Of a DNA stretch of 64,000 bases, positions 37,858-51,380 are shown one piece after another. Origin of the DNA: the human T2T-CHM13v2.0 reference genome, Homo sapiens; NCBI RefSeq assembly GCF_009914755.1, contig NC_060928.1; one strand, 5' to 3'. The translations under genes were made by a program, and so were the position numbers. Below the pieces are notes generated by a model. That model was not told where the DNA came from and did not search any database. It saw only the letters and a program-made list of their open reading frames with translations. The number at the start of each line of letters is the position of its first letter. The first letter of the stretch is position 1.

Positions 37858-39984
37858 TGTTTGTCTCCACTGTTCCATGCAGTCAATTACCTAATATATC
37901 TTTAATTCACTCTAGATAATGCTATCCAAGTTGATGCATCAGATAGCTAAGACCTTTCATTTTAGAGCCACAGTGGGATTTTCAGTGTTCCCAATGTTGG
38001 GAGGGAACAGCATGGCTGTCCCATAGCTCATGTTTCCACATGGGAACATGACTTGTACTTTGAGCCATGTTTTGCTTATTGCTTCTCAGGGGAGGAGGAG
38101 TCATTTTTCTAATAGGTGTAACACTTTATTGGTGTGGGTCCACTTTTTCTTTCCTCCTTTTGGCTTGTGTACATATATGTACATGCATGTGTGTAAGACC
38201 ACAGTTATTTGCATCAAGGTGCACTGTAGTTTGCTGTCTCCGAAGGTGGTAGCATTATTGGAATAGGCTATACCTATGTGGCAGAGTCTTGAATCTATTT
38301 TTTGGCGGGGGGCAGGGATGTGGAAGCTACATTGCCATTTATAAATAGAGCAATTGTATAATTATATGGTAAATCTTGGCAATAATTTGGCATGTTTATC
38401 TTTAACTGCTGAACCCTTGTGTTTTTTAAATAGTTCAGAATTCAGACATAGAACAAACAAGAGTTTTATTTAGTAGGTCCTTGAAGAGTCAAACATTAGG
38501 ACATAGGCTGGAAACTGAGAAAGGCCAAGGTGTAGACTTTGAGGCCCAAATAATTGGCACAACCTGGGGTTGTAGCTTTAGGAATTAGCTTAAGTAAGAT
38601 CAGTATTGAGCAGTTTTAACCTTATCAATTTGCAATGGCCCTGTTGTCTCAGGTGGCTAATTTTACAGTTGTGAAAATGTATAATTGTACAGTTACGAAA
38701 ATGATTTCTAACTTGTACCACCTGGAGAGACAGGTACACATTAGAATCTGGTAAATAAGGTTTATGTGACTTTTGAAAATAGCAGAGCCCTGCAGCTTTT
38801 GACAGTGTCGATCACAGGCTGAAGGTTGACGTATGTGGTATGGGCCTCAGCACTTTCAGGCACCAGGCACAGAACTTGATAGGCCTGGGAATCAGGGGTC
38901 TTGATGTGCAGTCTCTGCAGTGTAACCTTGACCTCTATAGGCACCTATGCTGCAGGCACAGCAGCTTCAAGGATTATTAACAATAAGACTCTTGTAGTCC
39001 CAGGAAAAGCTTATTTTGAAACAAGTACAGTCTCAATTACTGCTTTTGTTGGGTTTTTGGCCACGTATGCAGGTCAGGAGACTGAGAGTTTAAACTGCAA
39101 AGGTGCCTGACATCTATAAGTGTTACAGGGCATTAGAAGTTGAGGCTTGTACCAGATAGAGGTAAATGATGCTAGACCAGCTGCTCGAAGTTTTGCTTCT
39201 TTTCCATGTTGTTTTTACCTACCTCCAGGACCAAGAGAAGGAACTGTGATTTTCTCCACAGGTTCCTAAGGGCAATGCTGAAGCAGATAGCCTCAAAGTT
39301 GTCCATTACACTCAAATCTTATCATCCTTTTAGATTTCAGTGGCTGGAGATTAAGACTTTTACCCACAGAAGGGTAGTAGCTTTTAATAATTAATAAATA
39401 ATGAATGGATAATCTAATTATTAAGAGAATATACAAATTGCTCAGAATGAAGGAAAGAAATAACTCAATAAAATTGTTACAAGTGCAGAAGTTAAGAAGA
39501 CAATTTAATAGGCCCATATCTCTAGGAATCAGATCTGCATAGAAAATCAACGAGAAGCTGCAGCATTGGGAAAATACATTTCATTGTCAGATGAAATGGG
39601 AGCAGTGGACGAATGTAAGTACAATAAAGGCAGGTAGTCTGGCTAAGCTGGAAGAAAGATATTCCTCAGGAAATGTTGACATTATAGAGAACAGACAAAA
39701 AAAAGAAAGGAAGTGGAAAATGAGAACTTGGACATCTATATACACAGAAAAAAGTTGTGCCAGATTTTTTCTTATCTCTCTCAAATTGATTCAGCACTCA
39801 GGCTTGGAGGTAAAGAAAGTTATAGTTTATTGCATAGCCTGCCTTCTCACATCTAAACATTAGTTCAGCTATCAAGTTATTTTTTTCAAATGTAGACATC
39901 CTTGTTTTCTCTGCACAAAATCCTCAGTACGAAATTTGTAGCCTTTCCTAATCCAGGCCCAGCCTGCTGTCCTAATATCTCCTC

Positions 39985-40790
39985 ATTTGTTTATTTATTC
40001 AATAGTATTTATTTGGAACATAGTAGCTGCCAGGCACTCTGCTAGCAAGTGAAATGCAATGGTTAACAACATATGTAGTTTCCCACAACATAGGCTTACT
40101 AACTAGATGGAAATGCAAGTATTGCAGACCATTTCCAAAATTGGTTTTTAGTTGAAATTTTAATGACAGTAAAGGAGACATACAATGGTCCTGAGGTCAT
40201 ATAACCAAGGGACTTAGCCAAGTCTTCACTGTCAAGGAGACGTGCCGTGAGAAGGTTAGGCTTAACTTTAAAAGTGAGTAGGTATTAGCTTGGATGGTAG
40301 AAAGATAGTGGCTTTGGAGGTGGAAGAAGTGAGATCATTCGAGCAGAAGGGAAAAGCATGTGAGAAGTTCTTAAGGTAGTCAGGAGCAGGCATAGGCCTC
40401 TTGACAAAGAGAACTGTGCTTACTGTGGTGCAGTTAAGGCCCAAGATAATCCTCAAGGGTTGCCAAGTCAGGATGAAAGTGAACAAGAGGAAGCTGAGTC
40501 ATCTGTGCAGAGTCAGGTGAAAAGGTGATGATTAGTGATGAGACCACGTGGGTTCTGTACCAACAGAAATCAAGACATGAGGTGGTTTAAAGCAGGTTAT
40601 GAAGATTCCTAATGTAGACGGAAATAAGAGATGAGCCTAAAAGTTTTAACAGGAGCCAGATCCTATAGGTGCACTGGGACATTTTAAAGCTTGTGGTCTC
40701 CATTGAGAGTAACTGGAAATCATTGAAGATGTCTAAGGTAGGGAAGGACAGAATCATACTTGTATTTGAAAAAGATCACCATGGCTCTTC
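39985..40790 (-). mobile_element. L2 LINE fragments
   Basis: TTATTCAATAGTATTTATTTGG...GCCAGGCACT 3' signature and L2-like body. Confidence 0.55.
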
Positions 40791-42328
40791 AGAGAAGAGC
40801 AAGCAGAGACTGTTACTCTCATTCACCATCTCCTGAATGTGCCTCATGCCTGATCATACCCACGTAACTACTCACCGTTCCTACTATTGAAGTATGTTGC
40901 CCTTACCAATCCCTTTTCCTACCTCAACATATCCAACTTATCAAAATCTCAGGTGTCCTTAATTGCTCAACAAAAATTCTGCCTGCTTCATAAATCTAAC
41001 CATCAGTTCACAGATGGTTCTGAGAGTTCATTTTCTCCTCTAGCGATTAATTCCTCTTACTTTCACCTGATTCGTTTACAGTTAGAACATTTTACAAAGT
41101 ATGACTGCTTTGTCATACTTTGGATAGTCTACCTTTTTATTCTGTTTTAGATACAAGCATTTTCCCACTGTCAACATTTTGAGGACATTTGTCACATCTT
41201 ATCATCTCTATGTATCTACCCTTCTAGCATTTAGAATAATGACTTAGACATAGCAGATGGTATTTTTTTTATTGTAGCAATCTATCACACAGAGATTCTT
41301 AATGCATGATTTTGAAGGAGGTTGGGGCACTTAACAGAGAAATCCAGATGCGGAGTTCAGCAAAGAACCCGAACTGGTTTCTGCAGTGATCATCTCATTA
41401 TTCCCTTGTTGGGCTGCCAATATCACCTGATCCACATTTTAAGACCTGGTTTCTAGATATTTCTTTTCAATTATTGTTTGCCTCTCTCATTAAGAAATAA
41501 ATGCAAGATTTTAAATGTTTCACTGCCGGAGTTAATAGATGCTATTTGTATATTTGACGGATGTGATTAATAAGATCCATTAGAACAAAAAGAATATAAA
41601 TAATTGCTTTGAGAAATAGAAAATGCTAATTGCTAGAGACAATCAAGGAGCATCCTTGTGCTTGAATAGGCAGCACCAAACTATGTAATTGCTTACTGCC
41701 CTCCCTTTGTGTTTTTACAGGAGTGAGAACTGGTGTTTAATTGTTATTCCATAGTTTCATTTGTACCATACACCTGCTGCTTTTGAATATAATAATTAAA
41801 TCATTCAGTTTACAATTCCACATCATCTTTAAAAAATTATAACTGTTTAATTAAAAAGAATAAAAGTGACAGCTTGCAAAGTATCATTTTGCATTGTATT
41901 GTTTAGTCACTGGTATATCTCAGCTATCACATGCGAGAAACATCTCATTTCCCTTAACCACTGCTCAGAAGGACAGCCTCTTTAGGTACTCATGTCTTTT
42001 CCTCCAAACTATTTTATCTGACACCAAACATAGGTTTCAAGTTTCCAAGTAAAGTATGACATCTCTCTAGGTTTGTTGACATGTTTCCAATCCTGTGGGT
42101 GTCTCCCAAGCAACAGAATTTTAGGAGGACTAAACATAGTACATGAAAAACAGATGGAAATTGAGATGTTGATCAAGTGAACAGTAAAAGTATAAATCAG
42201 AAGAAGGACAGGCTTTACCTAGATGCTTGTAACCTAGTGATACTGCAAGAAGCTAGTAGGAAAATCAACAGCAGATATACTAGCCTCTAACAGGCAGAGC
42301 TAGAGGTGAGCTATAAGTTTGAGCCTGA

Positions 42329-42842
42329 TGTGATAGGCAAAATATTACTCCCCATACCCTAGAAAACAGCCATTTCAAATTCCTGGAACCTATCAATATG
42401 TTGTTACATGACATAGGAGAATTAAAGTTGCTAATCAGCTGACTTTAAAGAGGAAAACTATCCTACATTATCTAGGTGTGCCAAAGTAATAACAAGGGTC
42501 CTTAAAAGTCTTTAAAAGTGGGAGAGGGCAGCAGAAGAGGTCAGTGGGAGCTGTGACTACAGAAAGGCAGCCAGAGAGAAATGCAACATTGGTGTCTTTT
42601 ATGCTGGGAGTAGGGGTCCAAGAGCTAAGGTAGGCTGGTGGCCTCTAGAAGCTGGAAGAGGCAAAGAAATAGATTCTACCCTAAAACTTTCAGAAGGAAA
42701 TGCAGGCTTGCCAGCATCTTAATTTTAGGCCAGTGGGATCCAACTGTGGCTTCTGACCTCCAGGATTATGAGATAAGTTTGTGCTGTTTGGAGCCACGAA
42801 GTTTGTAATAATTTGTTACAGCGGCGATACAGAACTAATAAA
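42329..42842 (+). mobile_element. MLT1D-like MaLR solo LTR
   Basis: TGTGATAGGCAAAAT start, GTTGCTAATCAGCTGAC, CTAGAAGCTGGAAGAGGCAAAGAAATAGATTCT, end GAACTAATAAA. Confidence 0.82.
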
Positions 42843-43915
42843 ACCAGCATTGTCTGTTTCTGTCACTGTTGTGGGGCTTGGAACCCAAGAGGTAAGGAGT
42901 AAGAAGATGAGTCACTGTATCTGTGCAGAGGCAGGTGAGAAGATGGACCTATACTAGAAGGTCCAGGAGGTTCTAAACAGAGGGGACTGATACTTGCAGT
43001 GGTTTGAGCTGACACAAAAATATAAGTCAGGAATGCTTCCTTGACGCAGGGACCTCTATGCAGTTAACACCATCCCTTCTTTAAGATTCTCTCCTAAAAT
43101 AGAGGAAAGCCAGTATTTGCCCGAAGCATCTGAATGGAAGGTCCTCACACATGTGGGTGAGTATCTGAGATCAAAGGACATTTCTCACAACTCACTGCTC
43201 TCAGCCATTCCCTTTATATATACCAGACACTGTCCGTGGCTAATGAGCTACTGATATTCCAGCACCTCCTCTATGTCATACATCAGTCCTCATCCTGAAG
43301 ACTGTGGCAGGTTGCTCTGGTATAAGGTGATAATGCAGAGTCTCAAGGAGCTAGAAATAGCCTGAAATAGTGAGCAGTGAGATAGTGAGACTGGATTCAG
43401 CAGATCATAGCACTGACACACACCATAACCTCAAGTGTCCCCAGGTAGCAGTCTCTGTATCCTTGGACAATTGTATATGTATGATGGGGTGAAATCAGGC
43501 TACACATCCCACTCAGAATTTCTTCTAGAGAATCTATTGTTCCTAGAAGTTCTTCCAGGTGCTCTGTGGTTCTCCCAGATACTGGCCTTTAGTTGTAGAA
43601 TGGAGATGAAAACTAGAGTTGAAGGGAGTCTTTCATTTGGAACATCATGCTCCATTATAAGAAATCCTAGCCATGAATTGAAAAGTGTATCAGTTATGCT
43701 GTGGCAAGAGATGTAATAGTAGAGAGACTCTTCTATTATACAAAAATGCAATTTCATTAGGCCATCATCAGGGGACAAGTAGACATGGTCCAGGAGAGAG
43801 GTGGCCATGAACCTGAAAAACATAGATTATAACCATCTGAAATGATGATACAAACAAGTCTCTGCAGTTGGATATCTGTGTGCTTGGAAGTCCAAGGAAG
43901 CTGCTTTCTCACTTT

Positions 43916-43917
<2 letters not shown>

Positions 43918-43954
<37 letters not shown>
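43918..43954. repeat. (CA)n microsatellite
   Basis: Read directly. Confidence 0.95.
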
Positions 43955-43955
<1 letters not shown>

Positions 43956-44084
43956 GGTATCTATATATGAAGGCAAGATAACATTACATGTAATATTCCA
44001 ATGAGTGTGTTCACACTAAACATGGAAGTAACTGTGAAAAACAGTAATATCTGGGACTCAGGGTATAACAGACCTTTGGGTCAC

Positions 44085-44478
44085 TGTGTTAGGCTGTTCT
44101 TGCATCACTATAAATACCTGAGCCTGAGTAATTTATAAAGAACAGAGGCTTAATTGGCTCAAGGTTCTGCATGCTGCACAAAAAGCATGGCGCTATTATC
44201 TGACTAGCTTCTGAGGTGGACTCAGGGAGCTTTTATTCATAGTGGACAGTGAAGCAGGAGCAGGCATCTCACACGTCGAGAGCTGGAGCAAGAGTTGGTT
44301 GGGGGAAGGTGCCATACACTTGTAAACAACCAGATCTCATTAGAACTCACTCATGATCACAAAGGCAGCACCAAGCCATGAGGGATCCACTTCCACAACC
44401 CAGGCCCCACCTCCAACACTGGAGATTATATTTCAACATGAGATTTGGACAGGACAAATAAATATCTAAACCATACCA
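44085..44478 (-). mobile_element. MSTB-like MaLR solo LTR
   Basis: TGTGTTAGGCTGTTCTTGCAT...CCCCACCTCCAACACTGG...GAGATTTGG...AAACCATACCA. Confidence 0.82.
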
Positions 44479-46083
44479 AGGCTTGTGTACCAGATCCAGA
44501 TTTGTGCATTGGACTACAAAATTTTATTTATATAGCATTCTGTGTTTGAATGGAGAAATGTAGGCAGCCAAAATGTTATGCATTACAGGTTAAAGTGAGG
44601 GTTTTTAAAAAATTATTATTATCATTGAGCTAATTTTTTTAAAAATTGACAGTCTTATATCTAAAGTCTAGGATGCAGTTGAATTCTGCTTTGCCTATCA
44701 CCTTTCCAAATCATGAGATTCCCAAGGGAAGTAGACACCTAAGATACATAGAGAATGGAAGGTAAATCAACCCTTTAGTGTTAGCTGAGTCTCCTGTAGT
44801 ATTTGCCATGGCAGAACTCTGATAAAGCTTGATTAGAAGGCTTAGTTCAATTTTGAGACCTAAGTCAAAAGTTTAATCATCAAATATTATTATTTTCTGG
44901 CCAGCCATATTGTATAGAAACAAGAAACAATGATCATTTTCTGAAACAATGATCATTCTGAAACAAAGTATGGCTAGGCCCCAAAAGGGTCTTGGCTCTA
45001 GATCAGTTTAAATTTCAGCACATGAAAGAAAGAATAAGAAACAGAAGTTAGGCTTCTAAGTTGGCTGAATAGAAACAGTTCTGGTCTGCAGCTCCCAGCA
45101 AGATTGGCACAGAAGACAAGTGATTTCTGCATTTCCAACGGAGGTACCTGGTTCTTCTCACTGGGACTGGTTGGACAGTGGGTGCAGCCCATGGAGGGTG
45201 AGCTGAAGCAGGGCAGGGCATCGCCTCACCCAGGAAGTGCAAGGGCTTGGGGGATTTCCCTTTTCTGGCCAAGGGAAGCTGGACAGACTGTACCTGGAAA
45301 AATGGTACACTACTGCCCAAATACTGTGCTTTCCCCATGGTCTTAGCAACTGGCAGACCAGGAGATTCCCTACCCGTGCCTGGCTCAGTGGGTCCCACAC
45401 CCACGGAGCCTTGCTCACTGCTAGCGCAGCAGTCTGAGGTCAACCTGTGAGGCTGCAGCCTGGTGTGGGGAGAGGTGTCCACCATTGCTGAGGCTGGAGT
45501 AAATAAACAAAGCTGCCGGGAAGCTCGAACTGGGTGGAGACCACTGCAGCTCAGCAAGGCCTACAGCCTCTATAGACTCCACCTCTGTGGGCAGGGCACA
45601 GCTAAACAAAAGACACCAGACAACTTCTGCAGACTTAAACATCCCCGTCTGACAGCTCTGAAGAGAGCAGTGGTTCTCCCATCATGGTGTTTGAGCTCTG
45701 AGAACAGACAGACTGCCTCCTCAAGTGGGTACCTGAACCCTGTGTAGCCTAACTGGGAGACACCTCCCAGTAGGGGCCAACAGACACCTCATACAGGCAG
45801 ATGCCCCTCTTGGGTGAAGCTTCCAGAGGAAGGATCAGGCAGCATTATTTGCTGTTCTGCAGTATTTGCTGTTCTGCAGCCTCTGCATGTGATACCCAGG
45901 CAAACAGGGTCTGGAGTAGACCTCCAGCAAACCCCAACAGACATGCAGCTGAGGGGCCTGAATGTTAGAAGGAAAACTAAAAAACAGAAAGGAACAGCAT
46001 CAACCAACAAAAAGGCCATCCACACCAAAACCCCACATGTAGGTCACCAACATCAGAGACCAAAAGTAGATAAAAACACAAAG

Positions 46084-47102
46084 ATGGGGAGAAACCAGAG
46101 CAGAAAAGCTGAAAATTCCCAAAACCAGAGTCCCTCTTCTGCTCCAAAGGATCTCAGCTCCTCGCCAGCAATGGAACAAAATTGGATGGAGAATGACTTT
46201 AACAAGTTGAAGTAGGCTTCAGAAGATCGGTAATAACAAACTTCTTCGAGCTAAAGGAGCATATTCTAACCCAATGCAAGGAAGCTAAAAACCTTGAAAA
46301 AAGGTTAGACAAATGGCTAACTAGAACAAACAGTGTAGAGAAGACCTTAAGTGACCTGATGGAGCTGAAAAACCACAGCATGAGAACTTCATGATGCTTG
46401 CACAAGCTTCAATAGCCAATTCCATCAAGTGGAAGAAAGGATATCAGTGATTGAGGATCAAATGAATGAAATAGAGCAAGAAGACAAGATTAGAGAAAAA
46501 AGAGTAAAAAGAAACTAACAAAGCTTCCAAGAAATATGGGACTATGTGAAAAGACCAAATCTATGTTTGATTTCTGTACCTGAAAGTGACAGGGAGAATG
46601 GAACCAAGTTAGAAAACACTCTTCAAGATATTATCCAGGAGAACTTCCCCAACCTAGCAAGGCAGGCCAACATTCAAATTCAGGAAATACACAGAACACC
46701 ACAAGGATGCTCCTCAAGAAGAGCAACCCCAAGACACATAATTGTCAGATATTCACCAAGGTTGAAATGAAGGAAAAAAATGTTAATGGCAGCCAGAGAT
46801 AAAGGTCGGGTTACCCACAAAGGGAAGCCCATCAGACTAATAGCAGATCTCTTGGCAGAAACCCTACAAGCCAGAAGAGAGTGGGGACAATATTCAACAT
46901 TCTTAAAGAAAAGAATTTTCAACCCAGAATTTCATATCCAGCCAAACAAACCTTCATAAGTGAAGGAGAAATAAAATCCTTTACAGACAAGCAAATGCTG
47001 AGAGATTTTGTTGGCACCAGGTCTGCCCTACAAGAGCTCCTGAAGGAAGCACTAAACATGGAAAGGAACACCCGGTACCAGCTACTGCAAAAACATGCCT
47101 AA
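46084..47102 (+). pseudogene. L1 ORF1p, disrupted
   Basis: MGRNQSRKAENSQNQ..., KRPNL..., NFQPRISYPAK...; stops and frameshifts. Confidence 0.93.
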
Positions 47103-47171
47103 TTTCAAAGACCATAGATGCTATGAAGGAACTGAATCAATTAACAGGCAAAATAACCAGCTAACATCACA

Positions 47172-50100
47172 ATGACAGGATCAAATTCACACATAACAAT
47201 ATTAACCTTAAATGTAAATGGGCTAAATGCCCCAATTAAAAGACATGGACTGAAAAATTGGATAAAGGGTCAAGACACATCAGTGTACTGTATTCAGGAG
47301 ACACATCTCATGTGCAGAGACACACAAAGGCTCAAAATAAAGGGATGGAGGAAGATCTACCAAGCAAATGGAAAGCAAAAAGAAGCAGGGGTTGCAATCC
47401 TAGTATCTGATAAAACAGACTTTAAACCAATAAAGATCAAAAGAGACAAAGAAGGCCATTACATAATGGTAAAGGGATGAATTCAACAAGAAGAGCTAAC
47501 TATCCTAAATATATACGCACCCAATGCAGGAGCACCCAGATTCATAAAGCAAGTCCTTAGAGACTTACAAAGAGACTCAGACTCTCACACAATAATAATG
47601 GGAGATTTTAACCCTCAACTGTCAATATTAGGCAGATCAACAAGACAGAAGGTTAACAAGGATATCCAGGACTTGTACTCAGCTCTGCACCAAGCAGACC
47701 TAATAGACATCTGCAGAACTCTCTGCCCAAAATCAACAGAATATACATTCTTCTCAGCACCACATCACACTTATTCTAAAATTGACCACATAATTGGAAG
47801 TAAAGCACTCTTCAGAAAATGTAAAAGAACAGAAATCACAAGAAACTGTATCTCAGACCACAGTGCAATCAAATTAGAACTCAGGATTAAGAAACTCACT
47901 CAAAACTGCACAACAACATGGAAACTGAACAACTTGCTCCTGAATGACTACTGGATAAATAATGAAATGAAGGCAGAAATAAAGATGTTCTTTGAAACCA
48001 ATGATAATGAAGGCACAATGTACTAGAATCTCTGGGACAGATTTAAAGCAGTGTGTAGAGGGCAATTTATAGCACTAAATGCCCACAAGAGAAAGCAGGA
48101 AAGATCTAAAATAGACACCCTAACATCACAATTAAAAGAACTAGAGAAGCAAGAGCAAATAAATTAAAAAGCTACCAGAAGGCAAGAAACAACTAAGATC
48201 AGAGCAGAACTGAAGGAGATAGAGACACAAAAACTCTACAAAAAAAAACAATGAATCCAGGAGCTGGTTTTTTGAAAAGATGAACAAAATTAATAGACTT
48301 CTAGCAAGACTAATAAAGAAGGAAAGAGAGAAGAATCAAATAGAAGCAATATAAGTGATAAAGGGGATATCACCACCGATCCCACAGAAATACAAACTAC
48401 CATCAGGGAATACTATAAACACCTCTATGCAAATAAACTAGACAATCTAGAAGAAATGGATAAATTCCTGGACACATACACCTTCCCAAGACTAAACCAG
48501 GAAGAAGTGGAATCTCTGAATAGACCAATTACAGGTTCTGAAATCGAGGTAATAATTAATAGCCTACCAACCAAAAAAAGTCCAGGACCAGATGGATTCA
48601 CAGCCGAATTCTACCAGAGGGACAAAGAGAAGCTGGTACCATTACTTCTGAAACTATTCCAATCAATAGAAAAAGAGGGAATCCTCCCTAACTCATTTTA
48701 TGAGGCCAGCATCATCCTGATAACAAACCTGGGCAAAGACACAACAAAAAAAAGAGAATTTTATTCCAATATCCCTGATGAACATCAATGAGAAAATCCT
48801 CAATAAAATACTGGCAAACCGAATCCAGCAGCACATCAAAAAGCTTATCCACCATGATCACATCAGCTTCATCGCTGGGATGCAAGGTTGGTTCAACATA
48901 TGCAAATCAATACATGTAATCCATCACATAAACATAACCAGTGACAAAAACCACGTGATTATCTCAACAGATGCAGTAAAGGCCTTCAACAAAATTCAAC
49001 AGCCCTTCTTGCTACAAACTCTCAATAAACTAGGTATTGATGGAACATATCTCAAAATAATAAGAGATATTTATGACAAACCCACAGCCAATATCATATT
49101 GAATGGGCAAAAACTGGAAGCATTCCCTTTGAAAACCAGCACAAGACAAGGATGCCCTCTCTCACTACTCCTATTCAACATAGTGTTGGAAGTTCTGGCT
49201 AGGGCAATCAGGCAAGAGAAAGAAATGAAGGGTATTCAATTGGGAAAAAAACAAGTCAGATTGTCCCTGTTTGCAGATGAGATGATTGTATATTTAGGAA
49301 ACCCTGCTGTCTCAGCCCAAAATCTCCTCAAGCCGATACACAACTTCAGCAAAGTCTCAGGATACAAAATCAATGTGCAAAAATCACAAGCATTTTTATA
49401 CACCATTAACACACAAACAGAGAGCCAAATCACGAGTAAACTCCCATTCACAATTGCTACAAAGAGAATAAGATACCTAGGAAGCCACCTTACAAGGGAT
49501 GTGAAGGACCTCTTCAAGGAGAACTACAAACAACTGCTTAACAAAATAAAAGAGGACACAAACAAATGGAAGAACATTCCATGCTCATGGACAGGAAGAA
49601 TCAATATTGTGGAAATGGCCATATTGTCCAAGGTAATTTATAGGTTCAATGCCATTCCCATCAAGCTACCAATGATTTTCTTCACAGAATTGGAAAAAAC
49701 TACTTTCAATTTCATATGGAACCAAAAAAGAGCCCACATAGCCAAGACAATCCTAAGCCAAAAGAACAAAGCTGGAGGCAATCACACTACCTGACCTCAA
49801 ACTATACTACAAGTCTACAGTAACCAAAACAGCATGGTACTGGTACCAAAACAGAGATATGGATGAATGGAACAGAACAGAAGCCTCAGAAATAACACCA
49901 CACATCTAAAACCATCTGATCTTTGACAAACCTGAGAAAAACAAGAAATGGAGAAAGGATTCCCTGTTTAATAAATGGTGCTGGGAAAACTGGCTAGCCA
50001 TATGTAGAAAGCTGAAACTGGATCCCTTCTTTACACCTTATACAAAAATTAACTCAAGATGGATTAAAGACTTAAATGTAAGACCTAAAACCATAAAAAC

Positions 50101-50993
50101 CCTAGAAGAAAACATAGGCAATACCATTCAGGACACAGGCTTGGGCAAGGACTTCATGTCTAAAACAACAAAAGCAATGGCAACAAAAGCCAAAATAGAC
50201 AAATGGGATCTAATTAAACTAAAGAGCTTCTGCACAGCAAAAGAAACTACCATCAGTGTGAACAGACAACCAAAAGAATGCGAGAAAATATTTGCAATCT
50301 ACCCATCTGACAAAGGGCTTATATAGAGAATCTACAAACAACTTAAACAAATTTACAAGAAAACAAACAACCCCATCAAAAAGTGGGCAAAGGATATGAA
50401 CAGACATTTCTCAAAAGAAGATATTTATGCAACCAGCAGACACATGAAAAAATGCTCATCATCACTGGTCATCAGAGAAATGCAAATCACAACCACAATG
50501 AGATGCCATCTCACACCAGTTAGAATGGTGATCATTAAAATGTCAGGAAACAACAGATGCTGGAGAGGATGTGGGGAAATGGAAACGCTTTTATGTTGTT
50601 CGTGGGAGTGTAAATTAGTTCAACCATTGTGGAAGACAGTGAGTGTGGCGATTCCTCAAGGATCTAGAACTAGAAATACCATTTGACCCAGCAATCCCAT
50701 TACTGGGTGTATACCCAAAGGATTATAAATCATGCTACTATAAAGACACATGCACAGGTATGTTTATTGCAGCACTATTCACAATAGCAAAGACGTGGAA
50801 CCAACCCAAATACCCAAGAGTGATAGACTGGATTAAGAAAATATGGCACATATACACCATGGAACACTATGCAGCCATAAAAAAGGATGAGTTCATGTCT
50901 TTGCAGGGACATGGATGAAGTTGGAAACCATCATTCTTAGCAAACTATCACAAGGACAGAAAACCAAACGCTGCATGTTCTCACTCATAGGTG
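47172..50993 (+). pseudogene. L1 ORF2p (endonuclease/RT), disrupted
   Basis: [38 protein letters not shown]; catalytic FADD reads FADE; multiple stops and frameshifts. Confidence 0.95.
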
Positions 50994-51000
50994 AGTGAAT

Positions 51001-51127
51001 ACTAATGGAAAGAGGGAGAAAGATTAAGAAATTTCCAAAATGTGAATTCCAGACAAATAAAATAATAATCTTATAGCAGGACCATACTAAGAGTTGTATC
51101 TATAAATAAGTTCAGTGAGGACAGAAC
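51001..51127 (+). repeat. 127-bp direct repeat, copy 1 (copy 2 at 53376-53502)
   Basis: Visual alignment gives one mismatch (GTATC vs GTGTC). Confidence 0.95.
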
Positions 51128-51129
51128 TT

Positions 51130-51380
51130 ATTGGAGTTGTCTGCCTCCAACTGGAGAAGAAAGAGAGAGGAAGGCATCCTTACTTCTTGAAAACTTTGGT
51201 CTTGAAGTGACTTCGTGTCACTTCTCACCTTCCACCGGTGAGAACATGACCATAGCTGCATGGAAGCATGACCAGAAAATACTGTCCCTGGCTGGGCAAC
51301 CACTTCCTAATGACAATTTCACACCATGCAATAGGAAATACCAAGATTTGGTGGACAGCCAACCAACTGCCATGCCCACA
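51130..51380 (-). mobile_element. Old MLT1-type LTR fragment
   Basis: GAAGTGAC...GTCACTTCTCAC and TTTGGTGGACAGC motifs. Confidence 0.4.

Larger units (their letters stand above)
45051..50993 (+). mobile_element. Near-full-length primate L1 (L1PA6-8-like), inactive, 3' UTR and poly(A) missing
   Basis: 5' UTR start, ORF1 and ORF2 are colinear; homology stops at CTCATAGGTG, just before the ORF2 stop codon. Confidence 0.95.

Noticed and set aside
38762-39110. Coding-like short ORFs on both strands
   Set aside because: No recognisable homology and no convincing acceptor/donor pair; compatible with chance or a decayed repeat.
40495-42945. Similar ATCTGTGCAGAG.CAGGTGA.AAG motif at ~40500 and ~42920
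   Set aside because: Only ~25 bp; likely pieces of an old repeat or chance.
48778-49794. 338-aa RT ORF as a functional gene or active L1
   Set aside because: It is a fragment of a disrupted ORF2; the catalytic FADD reads FADE, ORF1 is broken and the 3' end is missing.
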